DNA of 58,457 nucleotides, from assembly GCA_038214755.1 (NCBI GenBank), contig JBBQRQ010000021.1, positions 1 through 58,457 on the forward strand. The letters are read 5' to 3'. Numbering within the stretch: position 1 is the first letter of the stretch; the number at the start of each line of letters is the position of its first letter. Below, one piece after another: positions 58,264-58,457 of the stretch. The DNA comes from Verrucomicrobiota bacterium (lineage in GTDB: Bacteria; Verrucomicrobiota; Verrucomicrobiia; Limisphaerales; CANJXF01). Under the pieces are notes generated by a model. It did not search any database, was not told the DNA's origin, and saw only the letters and a program-made list of their open reading frames with translations. The position numbers and the translations under genes are program-made.

Positions 58264-58457
58264 GGGTGTGATTTAAACTGGCGGTCAGTTGGTCAGTTGT
58301 AGCGCAGGATTGCATCCTGCCGTAGCGCAGGTTTTCAACCTGCGAGATGCCGCCAGAACGGGATACCTTCGAAACCTAAAGACTCTCTCTATTTGCGACG
58401 TTCAGCCGGTTTCAAACCGGCGATACAGCAGGATGCAATCCTGCGCTACGTGACCGC
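58264..58457. repeat. O shell enclosing a J element (58299-58449), cut by the window end
   Basis: Begins GGGTGTGATTTAAACTGGCGGTCAG; terminal GTGACCGC matches the start of the other O arm. Confidence 0.85.

Noticed and set aside
1..58457. tRNA, rRNA, prophage, integrase or RAYT/IS transposase genes
   Set aside because: None recognised by eye or in the ORF track.

Overview
58 kb of bacterial chromosome, most consistent with a Verrucomicrobia (Pedosphaera-like) genome. This is inferred from the DUF1549/DUF1553/DUF1501 genes and the '...FYRI' C-terminal domain; no database search was run. Core genes include ileS, hom, thrC, infC, secA, pdxH, uxaC, a GldAFG-like ABC/DUF4340/AsmA-like operon, HtrA, a LarA-domain protein and a putative peptidoglycan-related operon. 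Four small toxin-antitoxin islands sit between them. Most striking is a PhoBR-linked locus (36075-46508): after exbB-exbD comes a single 988-aa ORF that fuses a TonB-like inner-membrane anchor and Pro-rich linker directly to a TonB-dependent receptor plug and barrel. It has no TonB C-terminal domain and no visible TonB box. Promoters in this locus share 11-bp-spaced Pho-box-like repeats, and three also share GTAAC-N16-CGTC. Second, there is a dense set of more than 12 families of GTAG/GGAG-tipped palindromic elements, GGG-tipped shells and heptamer arrays. These nest inside each other, and five copies lie in frame within proteins (IleRS twice, Hom, a DUF1549 protein, DUF2851). Also present: a HicB-HicA fusion ORF, a frameshifted ParE/RelE-like toxin, a PAS-less PhoR-like kinase and a candidate RNA hairpin upstream of pdxH. 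Family names are recognised by eye from motifs.
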